From the NCBI RefSeq assembly GCF_018977255.1, contig NW_024704745.1, positions 39,804,001 through 39,868,000 on the forward strand: a stretch of DNA of 64,000 nucleotides. Direction: 5' to 3'. The notes under the pieces are model-generated. The model made no database searches. It was not told the origin of the DNA and saw only the letters and a program-made list of their open reading frames with translations. Source of the DNA: Callorhinchus milii. Its lineage: Eukaryota. This document shows, in pieces, positions 1-11,300 of this stretch; the first letter of the stretch is position 1, and each line of letters opens with the position of its first letter. A program made the translations under genes and the position numbers.

Positions 1-300
1 AGAATTGTCAGACAAATCAGTTTACTGCACATAGTGCATTTTCTGTGTAATAGGGAAAGAGATATTTAAGTGTGATTTTATAATATATCCATAAAAAATA
101 GCTTTTGCTTTGAGCATTTCCTTTGTGTTGGAAATGCTTGTTTTTAGATGGATTCTGTTGAGAAGCAGTAAATCAGGACTGGGGGTTGTATTTCTCAATG
201 TGGATTGATAAAGGTGTAAGAAAGTTATGATTTTTCTGTCCAAAAGTTGCAGGCACAGTTCGTTACAGTTGTCATTTTGGTGAGGTAAGTTCAAGTACCC

Positions 301-336
301 AGGCAACTCTAAAGGCAACTCTTGAGGCAACTCTAA
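301..336. repeat. Three tandem 12-mers (AGGCAACTCTAA/TG)
   Basis: aggcaactctaa-aggcaactcttg-aggcaactctaa read directly. Confidence 0.85.
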
Positions 337-394
337 AAAGCTTGTGTTGTGTATTAAAAGTTACAGTTTCCTTACAGCTTTTTGAATTGATACC

Positions 395-475
395 CGCAGC
401 TCAGCGTCCGGCTCCGTGACTGATAAGCGCTTCGAGACGCTACCCTGCATGAAGGGTGCTATATAAATGCAACCT
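395..475 (+). mobile_element. L2 LINE 3' tail fragment (type-1 tail)
   Basis: AAGCGCTTCGAGACGCTACCCTGCATGAAGGGTGCTATATAAATGCAA matches the end of the L2 copy at 40950-41030. Confidence 0.75.
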
Positions 476-706
476 TAACCCTAATTATTTATTTATTGTG
501 GGTTCCCATTGTATATGTCTGGACAGAGAACAAGGGAATTAATTCCTCCTGCAACTATTTTGCCCTGAGAATTACATACATGCAGTCTAGCCAAATTTCA
601 CTTAAATAACTTTAAAAATCAGATGTCCAACTCCTTTAAGGCAATTGTAGGTAAGAATTCAATTCAATGTTATGTGCAGCTCCTTTGGCAATGTCCAACT
701 ATAATG

Positions 707-962
707 TAGGGTGACCATATTTTGTAAACCAAATCTGGAGACACATATCTAAAAAAACTGAACTCACCACAATTCCTGATGCTGGCTGTGCTGGAGAAAC
801 TTGTTGGATTAATGGCTGTATTTCTCTGATTAGTGTATTTGTTTTAGAATGTTGTTGTTCTTGCTCAGTTTGTTGCTGAACTCAAGAAGGGCAAATTTGG
901 CCAGGGACATAATACCTCATCCGGTGACTATCCCCAGAAATTAGGGATGTATGGTCACCCTA
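707..962. mobile_element. Non-autonomous hAT (Blackjack-like) DNA transposon
   Basis: Perfect 13-bp TIR TAGGGTGACCATA (707-719) / TATGGTCACCCTA (950-962); subterminal GGGAC-like motifs; 8-bp flanks ctataatg/tgataata may be a degraded TSD. Confidence 0.75.
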
Positions 963-1379
963 TGATAATAGGAAATCTCATTGAAGGTTGGCATTGCCTA
1001 ATTCTGAACAGAATTTTATCCCTTGGAGCTCCACAGAATGGACCGTACAGAGTAACTGAACAGTTTTTAACAAACAAGCCAGCAACAGACCTTTACCAGT
1101 AGCCTTCACCTTCTCAAAGTAATATTACACAAACTCTAATAATTCCTACAAACCCATTTCTTCAGGTTTCCTTTCCCACGTGGATACATTTTATGATGGC
1201 AGATTCTTAAAGTTTGAATGTTTAATCACCGGACTCTGCACTAACAACATGCACTCATACTTTTCAAATATTTGACCCAATTCCCTTGTAAAAACGTTGT
1301 GGTTCCTGTTTCAACCAACTTTTCTGGTAGGATATTCTACATTCGAATAACCAATGTGTAAAGAAATCTATTGCGTGAG

Positions 1380-1880
1380 ATTTGCCAGTTCTTAACCACA
1401 TTGTTAGATGGAATATGAGGTATATATGCATTGTATCTTTGATAGAAGAGGAAGAAGGGAAAATTGGCCCAAGCGGTTGTGTTCCATAGAAGTAAAGGTG
1501 TATGCAAACCAACTCTTCCAGCTGAAGGATATCACTTTGGATGGGAAGCAAAGTGGAGAAAGGGAAAAAAGGAGCTGGACTCCACATCATTGTAAATGGA
1601 ATTGAAAAGGTAAACACAGAAAAAACTTTAGGATGCACAAAGACAGTCAAACAAGGCCATACGTTTAGAGTTGGAAAGGGCAATTTCAGGACAGACACCA
1701 GAATGCTTTTTTCTTTACTCAGAGGATAATTAATAATTGCAATGAGTTGCCAGGAAGGGTTGTTGAGGTCAGGCACTGCACTCATTTAAAACGCAGTTTG
1801 GTGCTGTGATGTTAAGACAGTAATGTGGGTATTCTGGAGGATTAGATCACATGAGCCGAAGGGTCTTCTTCATCCAAACC
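1380..1880 (+). mobile_element. Old CR1 LINE 3' fragment
   Basis: Broken translation IVNGIEKVN...GHTFRVGKGNFRTDTR...FTQRIIN..NELP resembles the CR1 ORF2 C-terminus; ends in a GAGCCGAAGGGTCTTCTTC tail-like motif. Confidence 0.7.
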
Positions 1881-2003
1881 AATAACTTTGCATAATTCAA
1901 CAATATTCAACTGGTGAACCCTCAGACTGTGGTGATGCAGATGAAATAGATAGAGCCAATATTTTTATTTCTTTTTAAAATCAAAAATAAACCTGAAACA
2001 AGT

Positions 2004-2103
2004 GGGGTTATTCTCACTTTGTTGGTAAATTCACTGACCATTGGCTGTGAGCAGTTCTACGTGTTAATGGCCAGTAAATTTACTGACAAGGGAATAATAA
2101 ACC
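2004..2103. mobile_element. Small palindromic MITE (PIF/Harbinger-like end GGGGTTATTCT)
   Basis: Degenerate arms ttgttggtaaattcactgaccatt / aatggccagtaaatttactgacaa; same terminal word as the element at 35347-35567. Confidence 0.5.
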
Positions 2104-5100
2104 TAAAAATGTTCAATCAGTCTTTGAAGTAATAAATACATGTACCTCTCTAGAGATGTAAAGTCTGACATGTTGAAAATTAAGGGAATGCAATTTTACA
2201 ATCTTTTTAAATGATGTAGTTTTTATGTAAAAAAATGAATAAGGTTTAAAAGAAGCATTTCTTATGCTGTAATTTTCAAGCACACACAGACAGCCCTGGA
2301 ATCAAATTTCACCTTGAGTTGGTCATTGTTACTATTTGTTCATTTCAATTGTGTCTTCTGTGGAAAATGTCATACGCAATGAGTAAATGTCACGATCCAG
2401 AAAAACAAAAGGTTAATAACACCCGTTGTCTCAGGTCGGTTTGAAAATCCCACACATTTCAGTCATGTAGCCTAATAGAGTTAAGCCCACAGAAATAACT
2501 TTAGTGATCAATAAAGATTAAATGTTCTACCTTATGATGGCTCTGCAACTTTTGTTCTGTCCTCTGTGTGCTGGAAAATTATCATAAAATTTTTAAAGAT
2601 GTCCTCAGTGCAGAATATATCTATAAAATATTAAATATTCAATTTTCCTCTATCATGGCTGGAAACATTCATAATTATATGATGATTCACATAATAACTC
2701 ATTCTGAAAAGTCATAAATGGCACTCCCTCTGCGACAAAGTTAATAATTTACTGCCATTCAGGATTTTTCTCTGTGCAGTGTTGGTCTTGTGAACATTTA
2801 TTAAGCAAATGTTCAGTTGAAGAGGTCAAAATCTGAACCACGCTTTCCAGAACAGTAGAGTAAGTCTTTAATGAGGACTGACAGACAGGTGAGGTAAAGT
2901 TAGACATTCTTTAGTTTTGTCAAGAATATCTTTTTTATATACTGCTCGCACAAAGAATGAGAAACTGTTAGAAAATGATCTGACAAACATTAAATTGCAG
3001 TGCACTCCAGTTTATTTATCATATTTTTCTACCCTATGAAATATATCAGGGAAATGGGTGCAGTTTCCTTAAAATGGCACCTAACAGGAATGAATTCAAA
3101 TGAAATATTTGAAAAGGGAATTTTAGTGAAATCTTTTTCTTTTCTGTAGTTCATTGCTGTGGTTGCAATGATTTACTCCTTAGAGTACTGTTTTCCTGGA
3201 TGCTTTGAAAAGACTTAGAGGGTTTATGGCTCACAAGGTCTGTGTTAAAACAAATCTTTCTTACTCCGGGATTGAATACTGCCAGGCAAAATACCATGTG
3301 TGAACAGTTAATCACTTACAGAATTCAAAGGCCAAATGGTTGTTTCAAAGTCAAGTTTATTTTGATGTGAAAAATGTGTAAAACGACTTTTTCCATGTTT
3401 TCCAAAGGGTGAAATAGTAAGAATACAAGCCATATTTCATTGCCCAGCATTCAAATGCTACAGGCAATGAATTTTCCAGTGTCCTTGGTCTCAGAGCAGA
3501 GCGATACAGTCAGTGTGACACCACCTTTTTCTCAAGGCAACATTTGACTGGGATGTGACCACATTTCACAAACTAACATTCACACTCTCCTCTAGAGTGA
3601 CATTTCAGTTAAAAACACTAGGAATAAAAATAAGAATAAAAACAGCCATCCCAGGACTCACTTCCACTTCCCAGCTATGTGGTTCACAGTGTGTGCTTTT
3701 TGGTGCATACTTCACAACTGTTGATACGCCGTCAAGAATTGTATGAAATGTTGTAAACATCCCGGTACCACTCCTGCACACCTTGTTATAATGACTCTCA
3801 AAAACCCACTGACTCTGTGGCCCTCATTCATTTTTAAAGATGGCTAAATTCAAACATTAATTATTTTTCTCGCCGTCTTTGCGTCATTAAACAAATAACA
3901 GACACGTTTCATATTGCTAGGATTTGAAAGTCTCTTGTTTCTTTCAGCACAATAAAAACAGGCAGATTTATGTATATTCATTAATTTCTTAAACACACTT
4001 TTATCTTTCCATTGGTTAATGTAATCCTAATGGCTTGGGAGTATGCGGTAAAGGATGCAGAAGCAGAACACCATTAAATCATCTCAAAATGTGTTCATTC
4101 TTAAAACGATTTGAAGAATTAGAGAACATTAAAATTAATGACTGCTAATTATTATTATATCAAGCCTGAAATTCCACCTAGTTTTAGCTTGTGAGACTAT
4201 TTTGTTTTAAGGCAACATGGTCTTCCAGGCTGAAAGTGGATAGAATTTTAGGTCTCTGGTTCATAATTCTGCATCACCTAGCATATATTCAAGAAACGAA
4301 AAATGGGCTGAGGAACAAGATAAAAAATAAAGCTGCAGCAAGCAATGTAATGTCTGTTAATTCTCGGTTATTGGTAGGTGTGTAAAACATCAATGTACTT
4401 CAAAGCTAATATAGAAAATGTGATACATTTATAATTAGAGGGTTTGAATTTAGTATATAAAGGTCTTCAACTATTCAAAGCGCTGTCCTTAATATACACA
4501 TTTCTGGTTTGTATTGACTATTTAGCAGAACAAAGAGGACAGTAATTGCTTACAGTTGCATTTAAAAGCTTTGTATCAGTGAAGACCTTGGGGAAATCTT
4601 CTTGTTTCATTTTGAACATTGTGTGGGAAAAGGCAGAAGAACAATGTGATTAGAGGTAATAGGTGTACAGCAGGATTCCTGAGCACAAGCTGAGACATGT
4701 CAAATGATAGAAATGTTCATTTTCTTAACATTAGAAATTTTCAGTCACTCAGTCATGATAACCACACATGACCACAGCTGCACTCTCTGTGCTATCAACT
4801 CCTGCAACTATTTGTCCATTATCGCTCTTCTCGTGCACAATCTCAGCCCTCACCTCTGGCCTTTCATGTAATATTCTCCTACATGGAACCCGTTCCATCC
4901 ATCTCATTATACTGATCTTCAGACTTAGAGCACTTTCTTATCCTTTATACTTCATCTACTTTCATCCTGTCTATTTTATCAAGCAATACAATATAACCCA
5001 TTGAGTCTTTGACTACTTCATTAAACTTTAAGTGTTCAGTACCTTGTTATGTATGACAAGTACTGCAGTACGGTATTCCAAATAATAATTTTATCTTGAT

Positions 5101-5109
5101 TAGATTTTT

Positions 5110-5280
5110 TTAAATAGAACCAAGGAAGCATACAAATTTAAAGCGCAGAGGGAGGCTTGTCCTGCTTCTCTGAAAGAGCTATCTGTTCAGACCCACTCTC
5201 TTGTCCTTTTCCCATAGCACTTTACATTTCTCCTTTTCAGATATTTATCTAATTCCCTATTGAAAAAAGTTATAATGGAA
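5110..5280 (-). mobile_element. CR1 3' end fragment
   Basis: Reverse complement resembles the CR1 tail at 28660-28797 (gaaagagct...ccactc...cccatagc). Confidence 0.65.
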
Positions 5281-5581
5281 AGAGGTTAAATAAGCAACAT
5301 CTAACCAATAAAAATGCCTTTTGTTGCACCCTGTCTAAAAAATATGTCTTTAATTTCCATTTCAACTTTGGTGTGACTGATCTATGTGCCATTCTCTAGG
5401 TGAGGAGGCAGATAGTTGATCTTAAGAGACTTCTGGCAATCTTGTTCTTGAGGTGGTCAAGAGACTTATTGGACTGGACAATACTCCCATTAGATTTCTC
5501 TATGTCCATCAAGAAGTGACTGGTGTTTTCTCAGTGGCTCTCTGATACCACATAGCTGAGATTCACCATGCAGGTAGCTGT

Positions 5582-5800
5582 AATAAAAATTCTTACAGTT
5601 CATATTGCAACTTTTATTGTCAAGAGAGCACCTCAAATCAGCAGCCAGTTAAAGCACAGTAATAATGGCCCACAAACAGCCACAAAGAGAGTGATTAATT
5701 TTATCTGGAGAATTGTTGGCCAGGTCACCGAGAGAAACTCCCTTCTTTTTTCAAATAATGCCATTATGCGAGTAAACCTATGTCTTGTGTTGTAGTGCCT
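5582..5800 (-). mobile_element. Old Deu-domain SINE fragment
   Basis: cccacaaacagc...ttgttggccaggtcaccgagagaaactccc...ttcaaataatgccat is the reverse complement of the Deu-type core repeated many times in this window. Confidence 0.65.
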
Positions 5801-6070
5801 TGGTCTCCAATGAACTGAACTATCAAACTGTTCACCAAATTATTTTCTTTTATGCCCATTATTTAAAATTATTCATAACAAAATGCCTAACCTTGTTTTA
5901 AGGCAGAGTAGCTGAAGTTATGCAATAGGCAGTTCGGGCAGTACTTCCCCTTGATAATACCAAGTAAACAATTTTTACAAATACTAGCAGCTTTTTAAAA
6001 AATTATAGAGTGAAACAATCAACCATGATAAAAGAGATCAGACTGACTTAGTAAGTACTTCTGAATCATT

Positions 6071-6681
6071 GGCAGGATTTTATTCCTGGTATTAGCATCA
6101 ATCCAAGCGCTGACAGTAATGGGGATTTGTAGCACTATGTCACTAAACTTGTATTTTATTCATTGGTGTGACACAGATTTATAAACTGACTGAGAAATAT
6201 CCAATTGAGTGGATCAAGCTGGTGGAGACAATGCCCACGATGCTACTCATACTATAGAGTGGCCATTTGCTTACAGAGCTAAGGTCAGTGTAGAAAGTAA
6301 TATAGCATGGAACGCACATCAAAAAAGGTTGGAAGCTTTTCTTCAGCGACATGCATCCTGCACTCAAACTCTCCAAGGGTATGGCAGTCAATGTCAGAAA
6401 AGGAATCAGGGTGCCAGGATTGTACTGCTTCATAGGTGATCCAATTAAGAGCAACTGGCCCAAAAACAGTGTGCCCAATATCTAGCTAACAAACCATGAT
6501 ATGGGCTTTGATGCCCCATTAATAAGGGTTTTCCTATTTTTGCCCTTTCTCCAGAAGCATAGGATGCAACTTTGGCTAATGGGGTGGAATTAGAGCATGC
6601 TGTGTTTGTGGACCATTAAGCAGCATTACAACTGTGCAGCATGGCACTGGCGGCATATAATTGCCATCAACAGGAATAAAA
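6071..6681. mobile_element. Degraded MITE-like DNA transposon
   Basis: 11-bp inverted repeat TTTTATTCCTG (6078-6088) / CAGGAATAAAA (6671-6681) around a GC-richer interior. Confidence 0.4.
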
Positions 6682-8543
6682 CTTAAATAAAAAGTAAACC
6701 TTTACAATTTTCCCCTTGCATTTTTTTACAATGCTGCAATACTTATTAAGCTAGAAATTTTGCAAAATCCAAGTATTCAACAACAGTCTATCAGTCTTTC
6801 TCAATGAGAACGGAAACTGAGAGACTGAAAATCCTATTGTCAAGTATACATTTAGTAGCAAAATGCTGTCACACCTGATCTTGATAGTTTCATTCTACTT
6901 TCCTCATCATGATTTGCCTCGGAACTGCAGCAGTAATTTATTCACTTTTACATCTAGCTCAAAATCAGAATTCTCCGCTATTATTCTGTGTCCTGGATAC
7001 AATGACATTTTCCAATATTTTATACTCTCTCTGGTCTGCAGCACTTGGTGTTCTGTATTTTTTGTTCTGTGTGCGTGCAAAAAATCATTAAAGAAATATG
7101 TGGAAAATGTAAGGAAAAATTATCATGCTGAATATTTTAAAGGAGTAATAAAGTATACAACATATGAAACATGTCATATTAATACTAGCATTGTGAAAAA
7201 AAATACAAAATTTAAAAAAAAAATTAACCTTGGCATACTTTTGGATAATATGTTAGTGGAGTACAATTTTAACAAACAAAAGTGGAAGGATTATTACATT
7301 AACTGATTTGTTTGATCTGCCTGTTTTTAAACAAAATACCTATGACTGAAAATAGTAGAAAGTTATTAATCTTAAGAAATTGTTGAAACTACTGTATCCT
7401 GATATATATTAGAATTTGAAAACCCATCAGACACACTTCAAGAGTTGTTACCGTCACTCAGATGGCCTGAATGGCACCATTAATCATTCACAAATCCCTC
7501 CAAAAAAGATGGGAATGTCAGAGATGGAAGAGAATGTCAGAAAATATCAGGAATGATAGTTTAAAAAAAAGGACAAGGGTTAAAATATTAATGAAAGAAT
7601 CTATGATGTTTAGCTATAATTGATTACAAAATCATTATGTTTTCACTTATCATATTGATGTAAATCATTTTCATATTGTAATATTCCCTGTTGATGTAAA
7701 TCATGTTCCTATTGTTAAATACCTTCTACAAATTATGTTAAGTTCAGAAGTATGGTACATCAAATGGTGATACAATATTTAACAGCAAGTTGCATGTAAA
7801 TAGCATGAAATATCTGGGGAATTTAAATAATGCCCTCTAAATTTTGTGAATGACATGATTCATACTTTGTGGAAATTACATTTTTCCTCGAGTAATGTCT
7901 CTCCTAACCGCAATCAAACTCTGCCACCCTTTAGCTCCTCCACATAATTTTGCTGTAAATCACCATGAAGGAGATTTTTTTTCTAAAACATTCTGCCTGG
8001 AGAAGAGTAATTTATATAATCCCTCTCGGCAAGAAATTTTAGAATAAAAATTATGAAGAGTGTAATATTTCATTAGGTACAGTCAGGCCGACAACACTCT
8101 CAAATCCTAGTTACAATATTCAGTTAAATTAGCCTTTTTTTTCCAGAACTAAAAGGACAAGCATCAGAAGAGAAGCTGAAGTTAATAACCTTCGTCTAAA
8201 TTGTTTTCACCAAACAAATCAGCACTCTGCTAATGAACATTCCCCACGGAATAGTCGTGTTCCTGGATCACTGAACTGCAGATTGCTCCAGTAAATTCTG
8301 TAGTTTAATGTTCCCAGGATCATTAAGACATTCAAAATCAAATACACAGCTACTCACTGAATACAATAGCTGATGAAATACAAATATAAAAATGATTGAA
8401 AGGCAAAAATATCTGGAGTTTCCTAAGGGGCTCGAAATTGTGAGAAATTCCTTCCTATCATTTTAGACAGTTGGTACTTTGCAAAAGATACCAAAAATAT
8501 ATGGTTAGTGTAGTTTAATTGTATGTCGCTGAATTTTAAATAC

Positions 8544-8589
8544 CTTTGTGCTTCTGTTACCACAGAGCAGTATTCATGTTGAATGTAAC
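8544..8589 (-). other. Candidate 46-nt exon of an unidentified minus-strand transcript
   Basis: Acceptor ctacttttctcattgcctgcAG, donor AAG|gtattt; one open frame (G)YIQHEYCSVVTEAQ. No homology recognised. Confidence 0.2.
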
Positions 8590-8749
8590 CTGCAGGCAAT
8601 GAGAAAAGTAGAGCTACCATCAGCTTTTAGATTTCCTCCTCTCTTTAGTGCCAGCATTGGGAATCTATTGCTGATACTTGGGGGGTAGTAGATGAGCAGC
8701 TTTTGATCATAATATTACTTGCATTTGATACATTGCATTGAAATATGCT

Positions 8750-9205
8750 GCAGCACTTTATTCAATGAGTTACTATTGAAGTGGAGTGACTGCTTTTATT
8801 TAAACAAACACGGAACTCAATTTTGTTGTTATTGTTGTTGTAACTGATGTGCACCGATATCATCTCACACACAGCATCTCAACAATGAGACATTCAATGA
8901 CAAATGAATCCATTTACGGTGAATTTGGACAATAGGGAGGAATATTGGCCAGGACACTGGGAAAATTCCCTGCTCTTCTTTGAAATACTGTCATGGGAAC
9001 TGTGATATCACCTACTGGAACTACTAAAACAAACAGATGGTAGCTTAGCTTCAATTCTAAAATACGGTGTTTCAATAATGCAGGATTTCTTCAGTACTGC
9101 AGTAAAGTATCAGCTAGATTATGACCTCAAATCCTGTGTGGGGCTAAAGCCCACAACCTTCTGAGACAAAAGCAACAGTGTGATCAACTGATTCAAATTG
9201 ACACA
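8750..9205 (-). mobile_element. Old Deu-domain SINE
   Basis: ttggccaggacactgggaaaattccctgctcttctttgaaatactgtcatggga core plus degraded head (cccacaaccttctga...aactga..caaattgacac). Confidence 0.7.
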
Positions 9206-10054
9206 CTTGGGCAACAACAATAGTGGGCTTAGATCTATATAGTTTTAATCCATTTCAAATCCTAAATGAAATATGGTTAATGTTCTCCCTTAGGGTGTTC
9301 CTATGGTTATCAGTGAACTTCTTTGGGTTAGTTGGTTTAAAGCTGGCATGCACTCTCTTCTGAGGAAGACGTTCCAATGTCCATTCCATCAGCAGCCTAG
9401 AAAAATGTGTAGATTTAAATATGGCACTTTTCCATATCAATAGGAAATATTAGGGCATCAGAGACCTAACATTTTAGAGAATTCCTAAATGACTAAATTT
9501 GGAAGCTCATTTATGACGTTCTTAAAAATAACTGTAGAAAAATGACTTCAAAATTAAGACATTTTTTAAATTATCTAAAACTCTGCAAATTTTAAGATAA
9601 TGGCCTTAAAACTAAGTTCATCAGTAATGTTGTGCCTGAGGTGGAGACAGAGTGTTCTGACAATGCTATTATTGCCCTCGCTACCAGTTACCACCATGGA
9701 AAAGGCCATAAAAGGGTAAAGAATAAAAGTGACAGGATTTATATACAGAAAATAAACACTTAATTTGTATCCCTTGCCCCTACTCAAGTGTACCGATTCA
9801 AACAAATGAATTCACAACATCTGTTAACTAAATAATTGTTGCAGTTCACATTTTATAGTTAAAGCTCTAAATACTATACAGTGAGCATTTATTTTACACG
9901 GAGTCATTAGCTATGTAAACTGGATGAGATCTCACCTATTTTAATGATGGCTTAACAATTATTTATGTGCAGCTGCTTATCAGTGAAAAATTAAAAGCAA
10001 AAAAGGTTCATTAACCCAATGTTTGTGGGAATAAAGGGAGATTCTGTTCAGCCA

Positions 10055-10490
10055 ATAATAATACACTTATATTGCGTGATTCATATTGAGAGAATGTCTC
10101 AAAGCACTTTACAAAATTGAGTAAGAGCCAGAGCTGGGAAGGAGCTGAGAGGTTGGGTGGGTGTAAGGCAAATGGCCGAAAGCCCTGTCAAAGAGGTAGG
10201 TCTTCACACTGGATATGAAGCCAAGAAGGAAAGAGGCAAGGCAGAGGGATTTAGGTAATGAGTTCAGAGGAAGGAGAAAAAGTGGTTGAAGGCTCACCCA
10301 CCAATGATGGGGATGAGTGTACAGGAGGAATGAGGCAAATGGAGTTGATGGAGTGGAAGGAGTGACTGCGGAATAATGTTGCAGAAGATCACCGACATAG
10401 CATGGTGCAAGGCTGTGGAAGCGTTTGAAGGTGAGGATAAGGATCATAAAGTTGATGTGCTAAGGGACAGGGAGCTGGTGAGGATGGTGG
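10055..10490 (-). mobile_element. L2 LINE 3' fragment
   Basis: Translation ILILTFK.FHSLAPCY..DLL...LNSLPKSL...KTYLFDRAF is an L2 ORF2 C-terminus, followed by a tail. Confidence 0.8.
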
Positions 10491-10499
10491 AGCCTAGTG

Positions 10500-10775
10500 A
10501 TAATAATACTTGCATTGATTACAGAGCCTTTACACATCCAAATTGTATGTTGCGAAACTTTTCACCAACGGCAGCAGGAGCATTTATAAGCAGCAATCAT
10601 ACAAATGGCCAAATTTAATCTGTTTATGGTGAAGGTAGATGAGACAGAAATATCAGCCAGGATACCAAGAAACCTCTCCGCTGTTCTTTGAAATAGTACC
10701 ATGGGATCTTTAATGTCCACCTGAATCATCTGAACAGGCAGATGTTCATGACCTTGGCTTAACGGTGCATCCAAA
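10500..10775 (-). mobile_element. Old Deu-domain SINE fragment
   Basis: tttgaaatagtaccatgggatctttaatgtccacctgaa...aacaggcaga core and (TAA)n tail. Confidence 0.7.
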
Positions 10776-10899
10776 ATTATTGCCGGGGCATTGATGTTTA
10801 GTATTCAACTCAACTGCTTTGTGAAATATTATCATCTAACCACTGGACATCTGTAACAAGCACAATAAATTATGTGAGCGAGCCAGAAAATAGGCTGTG

Positions 10900-11300
10900 T
10901 AAGTTACCACATGGTAACACTGCTGGTAATCGATCAGCGATTAAAATAGCAACTTGTCTCTTGCCTCTGAGTGTGGGTTCAAGCTCCATGTTTGGGGATT
11001 TAGAGCCCACAGTCAAGGTGGATACTTCAATGCAGGATTGGGGGGCAGGAGAGTGCTGCATTGTCAGAGTTGCTGTTCTTCTGGGATTTAAAGTGAGGTC
11101 CCATCTGGCTGATCAGATGGACAATGAAGAACCTATCACATTATTTGAAAATGGAAAGGAGCTTTCTCCTGGTGTCCTGGCCAACAATTCTCCAGATAAA
11201 TTGGTCATGCACTTCCTGGTTGTTTTGGGGTCATTACTATGTACACATTGGCTGCTCTTATAAATTCACAGTCACTACAATAATTACTGGAAAGCACTGA
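10900..11300 (+). mobile_element. Old Deu-domain SINE
   Basis: Degraded tRNA-like head (gtgggttcaagctcc), then gtgctgcattgtcagag...gaggtcccatctg...tctcctggtgtcctggccaaca. Confidence 0.75.

Noticed and set aside
471-484. Interstitial telomeric repeat (cttaaccctaa)
   Set aside because: Fewer than two clean units, sitting at an L2 tail.
6863-7306. 147-aa ORF and similar AT-rich ORFs (22-330, 1264-1785, 12826-13176, 30186-30539, 56152-56703)
   Set aside because: No recognisable domain or splice context; low-complexity, antisense to repeats, or read through SINEs.
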